From contig JAXLTB010000001.1 in assembly GCA_046330295.1 (NCBI GenBank), forward strand, positions 87,207-151,206: DNA of 64,000 bases, in the 5' to 3' direction. Position 1 is the first letter of the stretch; each line of letters starts with the position of its first letter. Shown piece after piece: positions 45,688 through 54,838 of this stretch. The notes beneath the pieces were generated by a model that was given only the letters and a program-made list of their open reading frames with translations, searched no databases and was not told where the DNA came from. The position numbers and the translations under genes were made by a program. The DNA comes from Solirubrobacterales bacterium. Its GTDB lineage: Bacteria; Actinomycetota; Thermoleophilia; Solirubrobacterales; 70-9.

Positions 45688-45752
45688 GGGCTTCTCACTG
45701 CTACTACCGTCAGATTCGCGGTTGCCTCGGACGCGATGTCACCCCGGCCGGG

Positions 45753-46448
45753 CTAGCCACCGAGCCGAGCCAATGCCTGCTCCGCCGCGACCTGCTCAGC
45801 GGCCTTCTTACTACGCCCCTCGCCCGACCCGATGCGCTCGGAATCGACGATTGCCGCCACCTCGAAGGTGCGCCGGTGCGGCGGGCCGGTGGCCGCGACG
45901 ACCTCGTAGCTTACGCGCGCGCCGCGACGGGCCAGCAGCTCCTGCAGGGCGGACTTGAAGTCGATCCTGGTCTCGGAGGCATGCTCGATGCGCGGCTCGA
46001 AGGCGGCGACCACAGCCTCCGCCGTGCGCTCGAACCCGTAGGCGAGGTAGCAGGCGCCGATCAGGGCCTCGGTGGCCTCCGGCAGCGGCCGCTCGCCCTC
46101 GAGCAGGACCTCCGCCGGGATCGCCGCGGTCACGTCCTCGGGCTCGTTCGCCCGCAGCATCTCCGGAACCCCGAGCTGGCGGCCCACCTCGGCGCAGGAG
46201 ACGCCGCTGACCGCCTGATTGTGGATCTTCGTCAGACCGCCCGAGACGGTCGAGCCGAACCGGTTGAAGAGCTCGGTCGCGACCGAGAGCCCGAGCACGC
46301 TGTCGCCGACGAAGGCCAGCCGCTCGAAGGAATCCGCCCGGCGCTCGGTCCAGGAGGAGTGGGTCAATGCCTGGGAGCGCAGCTCGGCCGGGAGCTCCTC
46401 AATCAGCGCCGCCAGGGCCGCGACCGCCGACTCGGGGTCCGCTGCCAC
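45753..46448 (-). CDS. rnc: Ribonuclease III
   Basis: 231 aa. RNase III signature FERLAFVGDSVLG, EALIGA, and a C-terminal dsRBD (GPPHRRTFEV...GEGRSKKAAEQVAA). Confidence 0.9.
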   Translation of the reverse strand: MAADPESAVAALAALIEELPAELRSQALTHSSWTERRADSFERLAFVGDSVLGLSVATELFNRFGSTVSGGLTKIHNQAVSGVSCAEVGRQLGVPEMLRANEPEDVTAAIPAEVLLEGERPLPEATEALIGACYLAYGFERTAEAVVAAFEPRIEHASETRIDFKSALQELLARRGARVSYEVVAATGPPHRRTFEVAAIVDSERIGSGEGRSKKAAEQVAAEQALARLGG

Positions 46449-46452
46449 CGCG

Positions 46453-46698
46453 TCAGGCCGGGGCGTGCTCGACCACGAAGCCCACCGCGTCGCCTACGGT
46501 CTGGATCCGCGACGCCTGCTCCTCGGAGACCGCCACCCCGTAGCGGTCCTCCAGCTCCATCACCAGCTCATACAGGTCGAGCGAGTCGGCGTCGAGGTCC
46601 TCCTTGAACCGCGTCTGCTCGGAGATCCTCTCGATGTCCACTTCGAGCTCCTCGGCGAGGTGCTCGCGGACGAGGGTGAGGACTTCCCCGCGGTTCAT
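46453..46698 (-). CDS. acpP: Acyl carrier protein
   Basis: Start at ATG 46698, preceded by AGGAAGGG and 13 nt after the plsX stop. Phosphopantetheine site LDADSLDLYELV. Confidence 0.9.
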   Translation of the reverse strand: MNRGEVLTLVREHLAEELEVDIERISEQTRFKEDLDADSLDLYELVMELEDRYGVAVSEEQASRIQTVGDAVGFVVEHAPA

Positions 46699-46711
46699 CC
46701 CGCCCTTCCTA

Positions 46712-47740
46712 TCACGCGCCATCCTCGGGCGCCAAGGCGGCGCGGCCGGCGCCGCCGTCGCGCAGCAACGCCGCCGTCCGGCCCACCGCGTCGACCTCGG
46801 CGCAGCGCGCGGCCAGGCGCACCGCGTTGGCGATGCCCTCGGCGCCGGAGCTGCCGTGTCCGACCACGGCGATGCCGCGCAGGCCGAGCAGGATCGCGCC
46901 GCCGGTGGTGTCGGGGTGGAGTTCGCGGCGCAGCCCGCCGAGAGCGGGTTTCAGCAGCAGCCCGCCGAGGGCCGCGATCGGATTGGAGCGGGCGGCCTGG
47001 CCGACGGCGGCGGCGACGGTCTTCGCGGTGCCCTCCATCAGCTTCAGGGCGACGTTGCCGGTGAAGCCGTCGGTGACGACGACGTCGACCGCCGCCGCCG
47101 GGAGATCTCGGCCCTCGACGTTGCCGGCGAACGCGATGCCGGGGGCGGCGCTGAGCAGCCGGTGTGCCTCGACCACCTCCTCGCGGCCCTTACCGGACTC
47201 CTCGCCGACCGTCAGCAGCCCTACCGTCGGCCTCTCGACCTCGAGCACGGCGGCGCTGAAGGCAGCGCCGAGAAAGGCGAACTGAACCAGGTGCTGGGCG
47301 CGGACCTCGACATTGGCCCCGACGTCGAGGAACAGCACCGGCTTGCCGGGGACCGGCACCTGTACCGCGAGCGCCGGGCGTTGCACCCCCCGGATCCGTC
47401 GCAGTCCGAAGGTCGCGGCCGCCATCGTCGCCCCGGTCGAGCCGAGGCTGACGATCGCCGCGGATAGGCCTTCGGCGACGTCGCCGGCGGCGCGAACCAC
47501 CGATGCCTCCTTCTTCGCCCGGACGGCGGCGACGGGGTCCTGCTCGTTGCCGATCCACTCGCTGGTCTGCACGACCTCGATTCCCTCGATCCCCTTCAGG
47601 CCAAGGGCGCGCTCGGGCCCGAACACGCGCACCCCGATCCCGTCGGCGGCGGCGAGCCTCGCGCCGTCGGCGAGGACGCCGAATCCCTGCTCCGCCCCGT
47701 AGCCGTCGAGGGCCACGGTGATCGCGCGCTCAGGCGCCAC
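46712..47740 (-). CDS. plsX: Phosphate acyltransferase PlsX
   Basis: 342 aa. ITVALDGYGAE, VDVVVTDGFTGNVALK, and canonical rpmF-plsX-acpP context. Confidence 0.95.
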   Translation of the reverse strand: MAPERAITVALDGYGAEQGFGVLADGARLAAADGIGVRVFGPERALGLKGIEGIEVVQTSEWIGNEQDPVAAVRAKKEASVVRAAGDVAEGLSAAIVSLGSTGATMAAATFGLRRIRGVQRPALAVQVPVPGKPVLFLDVGANVEVRAQHLVQFAFLGAAFSAAVLEVERPTVGLLTVGEESGKGREEVVEAHRLLSAAPGIAFAGNVEGRDLPAAAVDVVVTDGFTGNVALKLMEGTAKTVAAAVGQAARSNPIAALGGLLLKPALGGLRRELHPDTTGGAILLGLRGIAVVGHGSSGAEGIANAVRLAARCAEVDAVGRTAALLRDGGAGRAALAPEDGA

Positions 47741-47742
47741 GG

Positions 47743-47955
47743 CTACTCGGAGTCGGTGGTGCTCGCCGGTGTCTCGGCGACTCTGTGAGTGATGACCTCA
47801 CGCCCGGCGTAGGTGCCGCAGGTGGGACACACCCGGTGAGGCAGCCGCGGGCTGTGGCAGCGCGGGCAGTTGTTCAGCCGGGCCTTGCCGGCCTTGTGGT
47901 TGGCCCGGCGCTTGTCGCGGCGAGCGCTGGAGGTTCTCTTCTTGGGGACAGCCAT
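47743..47955 (-). CDS. rpmF: 50S ribosomal protein L32
   Basis: Start at ATG 47955 (MAVPKKRTSSARRDKRRANH). CxxC...CxxC zinc ribbon (CPRCHSP...CPTCG). Confidence 0.9.
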   Translation of the reverse strand: MAVPKKRTSSARRDKRRANHKAGKARLNNCPRCHSPRLPHRVCPTCGTYAGREVITHRVAETPASTTDSE

Positions 47956-48005
47956 CGGACGCGGGATGGTAGCCGGTTCCGGCGTAGAGCAGCCGAAACC
48001 CGCAA

Positions 48006-48500
48006 TCAGTAGACCGCCCGGATAACCGCCAGATCGCCGGATTGCCAGGTGACCTCGCCATCGCACCAGTCGACCAGGTCGCTGAGCTGCCCGGGCTCGA
48101 AAACGTCGCCGATGACGAGAGAGCGGGACTGGCCCTTGACCTGACGGCAGAGGTTCTGCTTCTGGTCGTCGTTCAGCTGGTTGACGGAGAGGACGGAGAT
48201 GACGAGATCCCAGGGGCCGTCCGGGAGGGGGTCCTCCATGCGGGCGAGCTGGACGTCGTCGTAGGTCTTGCGGGCGCGGAAGACCATGTCGGGGCTGGCG
48301 TCGAGGCCGACCACCCAGGCGTCGGGATAAGCCTCGATCAGGCGCCGAGTCGTCTCCCCCGTGCCCATTCCGAGCTCCAGGACCCGCTCCGGCGGGAACG
48401 GGATCGCGGCCACCGACTGCTGCTGGAGATCGTCGTAGCCGGGGATCTCGGCGCGGATCCGCTCCAGGTAGACCTCTGGTGTCCAGTCGAATTGACCCAT
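48006..48500 (-). CDS. Class I SAM-dependent methyltransferase
   Basis: Start at ATG 48500 (GAGG 7 nt upstream). VLELGMGTGETT (motif I) and DLVISVLSVNQL. The upper part of the 386-aa track ORF is antisense to yceD. Confidence 0.8.
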   Translation of the reverse strand: MGQFDWTPEVYLERIRAEIPGYDDLQQQSVAAIPFPPERVLELGMGTGETTRRLIEAYPDAWVVGLDASPDMVFRARKTYDDVQLARMEDPLPDGPWDLVISVLSVNQLNDDQKQNLCRQVKGQSRSLVIGDVFEPGQLSDLVDWCDGEVTWQSGDLAVIRAVY

Positions 48501-48557
48501 CTCGTAACCTCGTTGGGAGGAAGTCATCGTAAGCTCGAACCCAGCGGAGTTTCGCTC

Positions 48558-49082
48558 ATGCCCCAAGCGAGTACGACGATCATCGACCTGTCGCGCCTCT
48601 CGCTGGCCCATGGCGAGGGGAAGCGACTCGAGGTTCCGGTCGAGCTCACCCCGTTCGAGCTCGGCGGCCAGACCTATGCCGCCAACCCTGCATCGCCCAC
48701 CGTGCGGCTGGAGGTCTCGCGCCCAAGCGGCGGCTTCGCCTTCCGGCTGCGCTTCCCGGTGCACCTCGAAGGCCCCTGCATGCGCTGCCTCGAGCCGGCC
48801 TCGCTCGATCTCGAGGTGGAGGCCCGCGAGGTCGACCAGTCCGGGGCCGAAGACGAGGAGCTCCGCAGCCCCTACGTCGAAGACGACGAGCTGGACATCG
48901 GCCGCTGGGCCCACAACGCCACTCTGCTCGCCCTCCCCACCCGTCTCCTCTGCCGCCCCGACTGCGCCGGCCTCTGCCCCATCTGCGGCGAGTCCCTCAA
49001 CGACGCCGACCCCGCCGACCACGAACACGACGCCGGCATCGACCCCCGCTGGGCCGCCCTGAGGAACCTGAAACTGGAGTAA
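48558..49082 (+). CDS. YceD (DUF177) family protein
   Basis: Start at ATG 48558. C-terminal CRPDCAGLCPICGESLN and DPRWAALRNL are typical of DUF177. Opposite strand to rpmF. Confidence 0.85.
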   Translation: MPQASTTIIDLSRLSLAHGEGKRLEVPVELTPFELGGQTYAANPASPTVRLEVSRPSGGFAFRLRFPVHLEGPCMRCLEPASLDLEVEAREVDQSGAEDEELRSPYVEDDELDIGRWAHNATLLALPTRLLCRPDCAGLCPICGESLNDADPADHEHDAGIDPRWAALRNLKLE

Positions 49083-49122
49083 CCGGGGGAAGAGTCGTCG
49101 GGGTCGGCGGCTTTGTACCCCT

Positions 49123-49959
49123 ATGGGTGACAAACCCGCCAATCCCGATCTCGTGGCGGCGCGCATCGCGGCGCGCCAGCATGGCGTCGTGTCGCACCGC
49201 CAACTGCTTGCGGCCGGACTGAGCAGGAACTCCGTGTCGAAGAGATGCGGTAAGGGCCGGCTGCACCGCGTTCACCGCGGCGTCTACGCCGTCGGGCACC
49301 CCGGGCTCTCGAGTCAGGGACGGTGGATGGCAGCCGTCTTGGCCTGCGGCGACGCGGCCGTGCTGAGCCATCTCAGCGCGGCCGGCCTCTGGAGTCTGCT
49401 CCCGACCCCGAGCGGTCCGGTCCATGTCTCGATTCCGACCGGGTCCGGTCGCGACAAGCGCCCCGGTATCCGCATCCACCGCTGCGCGGCGCTCACTCCT
49501 GACCTGGTCACTCGCCGGCTGTCCATCCCCGTGACCACGCCGGCACGGACGATCGCCGACCTGAGAGGGACGATCCCGGCGGCCCAGCTGCGCCGCGCGA
49601 TCCGCCAAGCGGAGGTGCTTGGCCTTCAAACCGGCCTGGACGAGTCGAGCGAGCCGACGCGGAGTGAGCTCGAGCACCTCTTCCTGCGGCTATGTCGTCG
49701 CCATCGGCTGCCGACGCCCGAGGTCAACGTGCGGATCGGCTCGCGGGAGGTCGACTTCCTCTGGCGCGAGCACCGGGTCGTTGTCGAGACCGACGGCTAC
49801 CGTTACCACCGCGGCTCCACCGCCTTCGAGGACGACCACGATCGCGACCTCGAGCTGCACACCGAGGGCTTCGACGTACTCCGCTTCACCTACCGCCAGG
49901 TCACGTCAACCCCGGAGCGGGTGGGCGCCGCGATCGACGAATCGCTTCAGGGCGGTTGA
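49123..49959 (+). CDS. DUF559 (Vsr-like endonuclease fold) protein with AbiEi-like N-terminal HTH
   Basis: 278 aa. N-terminal GVVSHRQLLAAGLSRNSVSKRCGKGRLHRVHRGVY. C-terminal EVDFLWREHRVVVETDGYRYH...DRDLELHTEGFDVLRFT. Confidence 0.8.
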   Translation: MGDKPANPDLVAARIAARQHGVVSHRQLLAAGLSRNSVSKRCGKGRLHRVHRGVYAVGHPGLSSQGRWMAAVLACGDAAVLSHLSAAGLWSLLPTPSGPVHVSIPTGSGRDKRPGIRIHRCAALTPDLVTRRLSIPVTTPARTIADLRGTIPAAQLRRAIRQAEVLGLQTGLDESSEPTRSELEHLFLRLCRRHRLPTPEVNVRIGSREVDFLWREHRVVVETDGYRYHRGSTAFEDDHDRDLELHTEGFDVLRFTYRQVTSTPERVGAAIDESLQGG

Positions 49960-49989
49960 AACCGCCGGGGTAGGGGCTTGAAGAGCGCG

Positions 49990-50466
49990 CTACGGCTGCT
50001 CGAGCTCGGCCGCGGGCTCTTCGTCGCGCCCGGCGAGGCGGTCCCGACCGCGCTGCACGGCCGCGAGGAACTTCTGCAGGTTGACTTCCAAGGTGTTGAG
50101 GATCTCGTCGGCGTAGTCCTCGGCGCCGAGGCGGATTTCACGCTCGCGGTTGCGGGCGTCCTCGACGATCTCATCGGCGGCGCGCTCGGCCTGCTTGGTG
50201 ACCTCCTCGTCGGAGATCAGGCGGGCCTGCTGCTCGCGCGCCTCGCGGACGATCCGCTCGGCCTCGCGTTTGGCCTCGGCCAGCATCTCCTGGCGCTCCT
50301 TGACGATCCAGCGCGCCTGCTTGATCTCCTCGGGGATCGTGGCGCGCATCTGGTCGAGGAGGTCGTAGATCTCCTCGCGGTCCACACGCACCTGATCCGT
50401 CAGGGGGACGGGGCGGGCGTTGTGGACTACGTCGTCCAGCTTGTCTATGAGGACCAGGACGTCCAT
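49990..50466 (-). CDS. Coiled-coil protein, possibly DivIVA-related (mycobacterial Rv2927c/SepIVA-like position)
   Basis: 158 aa. MDVLVLIDKLDDVVHNARPVPLTDQVRVDREEIYDLLDQMRATIPEEIKQA, then a charged coiled coil. The family assignment is from memory and position only. Confidence 0.6.
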   Translation of the reverse strand: MDVLVLIDKLDDVVHNARPVPLTDQVRVDREEIYDLLDQMRATIPEEIKQARWIVKERQEMLAEAKREAERIVREAREQQARLISDEEVTKQAERAADEIVEDARNREREIRLGAEDYADEILNTLEVNLQKFLAAVQRGRDRLAGRDEEPAAELEQP

Positions 50467-50571
50467 TGGCAGGTCGTAAGCCTACGTGTATGCGGGGTTT
50501 TTCGTGAAGATGCGGTTATCGAGGGCATTTTTTGCAAGCGGTCGCCCACGCGGACGAGCCTGGCGCACAGC

Positions 50572-51072
50572 CTACCTCTCGCCCAGGCGCTCGGAAAGCG
50601 CGGTCGCGACGGCGGCGGGAACCAGGTCGGAGACGTCTCCACCGAAAGTGGCCATCTCCTTCACCCCGGTCGAGGAGAGGAAGCTGTAGTGGGGCGAGGC
50701 GATCACGTAGATGCTCTCGATCCCGGGATCGAGCTTGCGGTTGAGCTGGGCCATCTCGAACTCGTACTCGAAGTCGGAGATCGCGCGCAGGCCCTTGACG
50801 ATCGCCTTGGCGTCGTTGTCGCGGGCGAACTCGACCAAGAGGGCGGCGAAGATCTTCACCTCGACGTTCGGCAGGTCGGCCGTCGCCTCGCGGATGAAGT
50901 CGCGCCGCTCCGCCGCGCTAAACAGCGTCTTCTGCTTGCGAACCGGGTTGTTGACGACGCCGACAACGACGCGATCGAAGACCTGCGCGGTCCTTGTGAT
51001 GATGTCGACGTGGCCGTTGGTGACCGGGTCATAGCTGCCCGGGCAGACAACGGTGCGGGTGCGCGGGCTCAC
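50572..51072 (-). CDS. coaD: Phosphopantetheine adenylyltransferase
   Basis: 166 aa. CPGSYDPVTNGHVDII and KGLRAISDFEYEFEMA. Confidence 0.95.
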   Translation of the reverse strand: MSPRTRTVVCPGSYDPVTNGHVDIITRTAQVFDRVVVGVVNNPVRKQKTLFSAAERRDFIREATADLPNVEVKIFAALLVEFARDNDAKAIVKGLRAISDFEYEFEMAQLNRKLDPGIESIYVIASPHYSFLSSTGVKEMATFGGDVSDLVPAAVATALSERLGER

Positions 51073-51617
51073 GCCTCCGCGCTCCCGTAGATCGAGACGT
51101 CGGCCGCCCCGTAGCGGCGCTGGCGCAGTCGCCGCAGGGAGTCGATGCGCAGCGGCTTTCCGGCGCTGCTCTCGACGACCGCCCGGCCCTCTGGGGCGAG
51201 CAGCCGGGGCAGGTGGGTGTTGAGGTCGTGCGTCACGCGGTCGGCGAGTCTATAGGGGGCGTCGACGAACACGAGGTCGAAGCGAGGTCCGTCCGGCCGC
51301 TCGGAAACCTGGCCCATCCAGCGCCCGACGTCGTCGCGAACCAGCTCGGTCCGGCCGGCCAGGCCGAGGCGCTCGACGTTGCCCAGCGCCGGCCTCGTGT
51401 CGCGGTCGACCAGCACCGCGCGCTCGGCGCCGCGCGAGAGCGCCTCGATGGCGAGAGCGCCCGTGCCGCAATACAGATCGAGGACGGTGGCGCCGGCCAC
51501 CCGCTCTCCGAGGGTGGAGAAGATCGCCTCGCGGACGCGGTCGGACGTCGGGCGGACCTTCCACCCGCGGGGGGCGAGGAGGCGTTGGCCCCCGAGCTCT
51601 CCGGCGATGACCCTCAC
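51069..51617 (-). CDS. rsmD: 16S rRNA (guanine966-N2)-methyltransferase
   Basis: GTG 51617 (VRVIAGELGGQRL), 5 nt after the recG stop. RPTSDRVREAIF, LDLYCGTGALAIEALSRGA, VFVDAPY. 4-nt overlap with coaD. Confidence 0.85.
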   Translation of the reverse strand: MRVIAGELGGQRLLAPRGWKVRPTSDRVREAIFSTLGERVAGATVLDLYCGTGALAIEALSRGAERAVLVDRDTRPALGNVERLGLAGRTELVRDDVGRWMGQVSERPDGPRFDLVFVDAPYRLADRVTHDLNTHLPRLLAPEGRAVVESSAGKPLRIDSLRRLRQRRYGAADVSIYGSAEA

Positions 51618-51624
51618 GTCGCCA

Positions 51625-53973
51625 TTAGAGTGGAATCGGATCCGCGGCGCCGGTCCCGAACCGGCGCCGGGCCGCATCGAGGAGCGGCCCGAGGGCCGGG
51701 TCCTCCAGCGAGCCATGCCGCTTGAGGAGCGCGAGGACATCCTCCCTCGCCGCCAGCAGGGTCGACATGTCCTCGGGCAGGCTGGCGACGGCGAAGCGCG
51801 GCAGTCCGTGCTGGCGAGTGCCAAGGATCTCCCCCTCGCCTCGCAGGCTGAGGTCGACCTCGGCGAGCCTGAACCCATCGCGCTCGGAGGCGACAGCCTC
51901 CAGTCGTCGCCGCGCCAGCTCTCCCGCCCCTTCGGCGAAGAGCAGGCATTGAGAGGCGTGTCGCCCGCGCCCGACTCGGCCACGCAACTGGTGCAGCTGA
52001 GACACACCGAAGCGCTCGGCCCCCTCGATCACCATCACCGTCGCGTTGGCAACGTCGATCCCGACCTCGATCACGGTCGTCGCCACCAGCACGTCGGTCT
52101 CCCCCGCCGCAAACGCCCGCATCGTCTCGGCCTTCTGCGGTGAGGGCATCTGCCCGTGCAGGACCCCGAGCTCGAATTCGCGCAGCTCTCCCGCCCGCAG
52201 CCTCTCCGCCTCGACCTCCGCCGCCTTGCCGCGCACCTTCTCGGACTCGGAGACCAGCGGGCAGACGACGAAGGCCTGGCGGCCCTCGCGCAGCCGCTCG
52301 CGAACGAACTCGTAGGCGCCGGCACGGCGCTCCTCGCCCACCAGCCAGGTCTCCACCGGCACCCGACCGGCCGGCAGCTCGTGCAGCGCGGTGGTGTCGA
52401 GATCGCCGTATGCGGTGAGGGAGAGCGTGCGCGGGATCGGGGTGGCGGTCATGTGGAGGACGTGTGGCGCCATCCCCTCCACGCCCTTTGCGTCGAGGGC
52501 ACGGCGCTGCTCGACGCCGAAGCGGTGCTGCTCGTCGACCACGCAGAGACCGAGCCGGGCGAAGCGGACGGCGGGCTCGATCAGGGCGTGCGTGCCGACG
52601 ACCAGGCCCAGCTCGCCGCTGGCAAGCTGGTCGAGGGCCCGCTTCCGCACCGCCGCCGGGGCGGCGCCGGTCAACAGCGCGAAGGGAATCGCCTCTTCCG
52701 CCAGCAGCCTGGCGAGCGTGATCGCATGCTGCTCGGCCAGCGTCTCGGTCGGCGCCATCAGCGCCGCCTGGAACCCGGCTTCCAGCGCCCGCAGCATCGA
52801 GTAGACGGCGACCACCGTCTTCCCCGACCCGACCTCGCCCATGAGCAGCCGCTGCATCGGCGCGCCGGAGTCGAGGTCGGCATCGATCTCGTCGAAGGCG
52901 CGCAGCTGGTCTCGGGTGGGCTCGAAGGGCAGCGAATCGATCCAGCGACCGACCAGCTCGCCGGGCCTCCCGAACCGCGGCGCCGGTCTGGCGATGCGAT
53001 GCGATCGCTTGCGCGTCGCCAGGATCGCCTGGTGCAGGAACAGCTCTTCGAAGGCGAGGCGCTCCCTGGCGCTTTGGAGGTCATCCTCGGAGTCCGGGAA
53101 GTGCGCGGCGCGCAAGACGTCGCCGACGCCGGCGAGGCCCCGCCGCGCCCTGATCTCCGCGGGGAGCCCCTCGATCGCGTTGGGGGCCCACTGGCAGGCC
53201 TGCCAGGCCCACTCGCGGATGCGTTGCGGGCGCAGGGTCTCGGTGGCCGGGTGTATCGGGACGATTCCGGTGGTGTGGAGCCCCGGCGGCATGGACCTCG
53301 TCTCCTTCGCGTGGAGCGCTTTCGCCGCTCCCGGGGATGGTCCGGTGAGGGGGGACGAGAACGAATGCCTCGGCCGCGGGGCCTGGCGCGCAGAGGGCTC
53401 CCGCGGGCGGGCGGGCATGTCCGTTCTCGGACCCGTCTCCGCGCCACCCGCGGAGGAGACGATCTCGTGCGCCGAGACTCGGAAGCCGCGTTTGTCCCTT
53501 GAGCCGACGAGAAGAAGGGCGGTACCGGGGGTGAGTTTGTCCGCCAGCCACGGCTGGTTGAACCAGGTCGCCCGGGTCGAGCCGCTTTCGTCGCTGACTT
53601 TGGCCGTGAGGATGGTGATGCGTGAGCGTCGGAAGGGACGCGGTTGGGAGCCGGTGACCTCGACCAGGACCGTTGCCTCCTCCCCAGGCTCCAGATCGGC
53701 GAGGGCCCGCACGTCGGCACGATCGCGATAGCTGTGCGGCACGCGGTAGAGGAGGTCGCCTACGATGACGATCCCGGCCTCGGCGGCGGCTTCGGCGAGC
53801 TTGGGACCGACGCCGTCGAGGGCCTGGATCGAGACATCGAGGACGCTGGGGCGCGGCCAGTGGACGGGCGCGTCGCGAAGCGCCGCGCGATCCAGTGGCC
53901 GTCTGTCACCGAATGAGCGCGGCGTCTCTGCGCCAGGCGCCGCGACCGGCTCGGCACTCGGCGGAGGGACCAT
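51625..53973 (-). CDS. recG: ATP-dependent DNA helicase RecG
   Basis: 782 aa. Wedge/OB N-terminal domain, GEVGSGKT, DEQHRFG, TATPIPRT, QLHQLRGRVGRG. Confidence 0.95.
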   Translation of the reverse strand: MVPPPSAEPVAAPGAETPRSFGDRRPLDRAALRDAPVHWPRPSVLDVSIQALDGVGPKLAEAAAEAGIVIVGDLLYRVPHSYRDRADVRALADLEPGEEATVLVEVTGSQPRPFRRSRITILTAKVSDESGSTRATWFNQPWLADKLTPGTALLLVGSRDKRGFRVSAHEIVSSAGGAETGPRTDMPARPREPSARQAPRPRHSFSSPLTGPSPGAAKALHAKETRSMPPGLHTTGIVPIHPATETLRPQRIREWAWQACQWAPNAIEGLPAEIRARRGLAGVGDVLRAAHFPDSEDDLQSARERLAFEELFLHQAILATRKRSHRIARPAPRFGRPGELVGRWIDSLPFEPTRDQLRAFDEIDADLDSGAPMQRLLMGEVGSGKTVVAVYSMLRALEAGFQAALMAPTETLAEQHAITLARLLAEEAIPFALLTGAAPAAVRKRALDQLASGELGLVVGTHALIEPAVRFARLGLCVVDEQHRFGVEQRRALDAKGVEGMAPHVLHMTATPIPRTLSLTAYGDLDTTALHELPAGRVPVETWLVGEERRAGAYEFVRERLREGRQAFVVCPLVSESEKVRGKAAEVEAERLRAGELREFELGVLHGQMPSPQKAETMRAFAAGETDVLVATTVIEVGIDVANATVMVIEGAERFGVSQLHQLRGRVGRGRHASQCLLFAEGAGELARRRLEAVASERDGFRLAEVDLSLRGEGEILGTRQHGLPRFAVASLPEDMSTLLAAREDVLALLKRHGSLEDPALGPLLDAARRRFGTGAADPIPL

Positions 53974-54038
53974 AGGAGACCAAGGCTACGCCGGGCCTGG
54001 GACGGCCGGCGCGAACGACTCGGACGCCTCGGCGCTGG

Positions 54039-54766
54039 CTAGCCGGCGTCGAGGCGCCAGCTGCGCTTGGCCGCGGACGGATCGACGTTGCCGGCGGAGT
54101 CCCGGGCTTTGACCCGGAAGGTGTGCTTGCCGTTCGCCAGCCCGGAGTACTTCTTCGGCGACTTGCACCCACCCCAGGGCTTGGCGTCGAGCTCGCACTG
54201 GAAGGTCGAGCCGGCCTCGCCGGAGCGGAAGCGGAATGTCGCCTTTCGCGAGCCGGTCTTCCCCGACGGACGGGATGAGATGGTCCTCTGCGGCGGAGTC
54301 GGTGGCGGCGTCGGGGTCGAGGCGGACCAGGCGACGGCCTGGCTCGTGCAGCGGGGGACGGTCGTGTGGACGGAGAGCGTGCTCTGCGCCTGCTGGGGCG
54401 CCAGGAACGAGCCGCTGAAGCGGACCGGACTGACAGAAGCTTCCGTAGGAGAACGTGTCGTTGGCGATCGGGATCGACCGATCGGGATCGACCAGATGGT
54501 GGTGGCGCTCACGGCCCCGCCGCACGAGCTCGGGACGTTCGTCAGAGCGAGCCGCGTGACGCTGGCGCCGTCGGCGGAGACGTCGAAGCTGACCGTGCCC
54601 CCGCGGCCGTGCCGCTGTATGTGGCTGGATGGCTGACGTTCGCCGCCAGCGCTCCGGGCGCGAACGCGCCGGTCACGACCATCAGTCCCGCGACGACCCT
54701 TCGGCGCCTGCGCCAGTTGATGACGGTTCCCCTCAACGGCCCTGCTCCAGTGTCGGAAGATGGCAC
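54039..54766 (-). pseudogene. Secreted protein with C-terminal Ig-like domain, broken by about three frameshifts
   Basis: Signal peptide RRRRRVVAGLMVVTGAFAPGALA is in one frame. GTVSFDVSADGASVTRLALTNVP is in a second and DRSIPIANDTFSYGSF in a third. The second frame resumes to ...KATFRFRSGEAGSTFQCELDAKPWGGCKSPKKYSGLANGKHTFRVKARDSAGNVD. Confidence 0.5.
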
Positions 54767-54838
54767 CAGTCGAAGGCAGCACGGGGATAGGGGTGCGCCA
54801 GCCGCCGAGCGACCGGACCCGGATCTCGGCCCAGGGCG

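Noticed and set aside
50467-50571. Possible promoter (TTCACG-18 nt-TAGGCT) 13 nt upstream of the ATG of the coiled-coil gene in a relatively AT-rich spacer
   Set aside because: The match to -35/-10 consensus is loose and I cannot score it against background. It is left unannotated.
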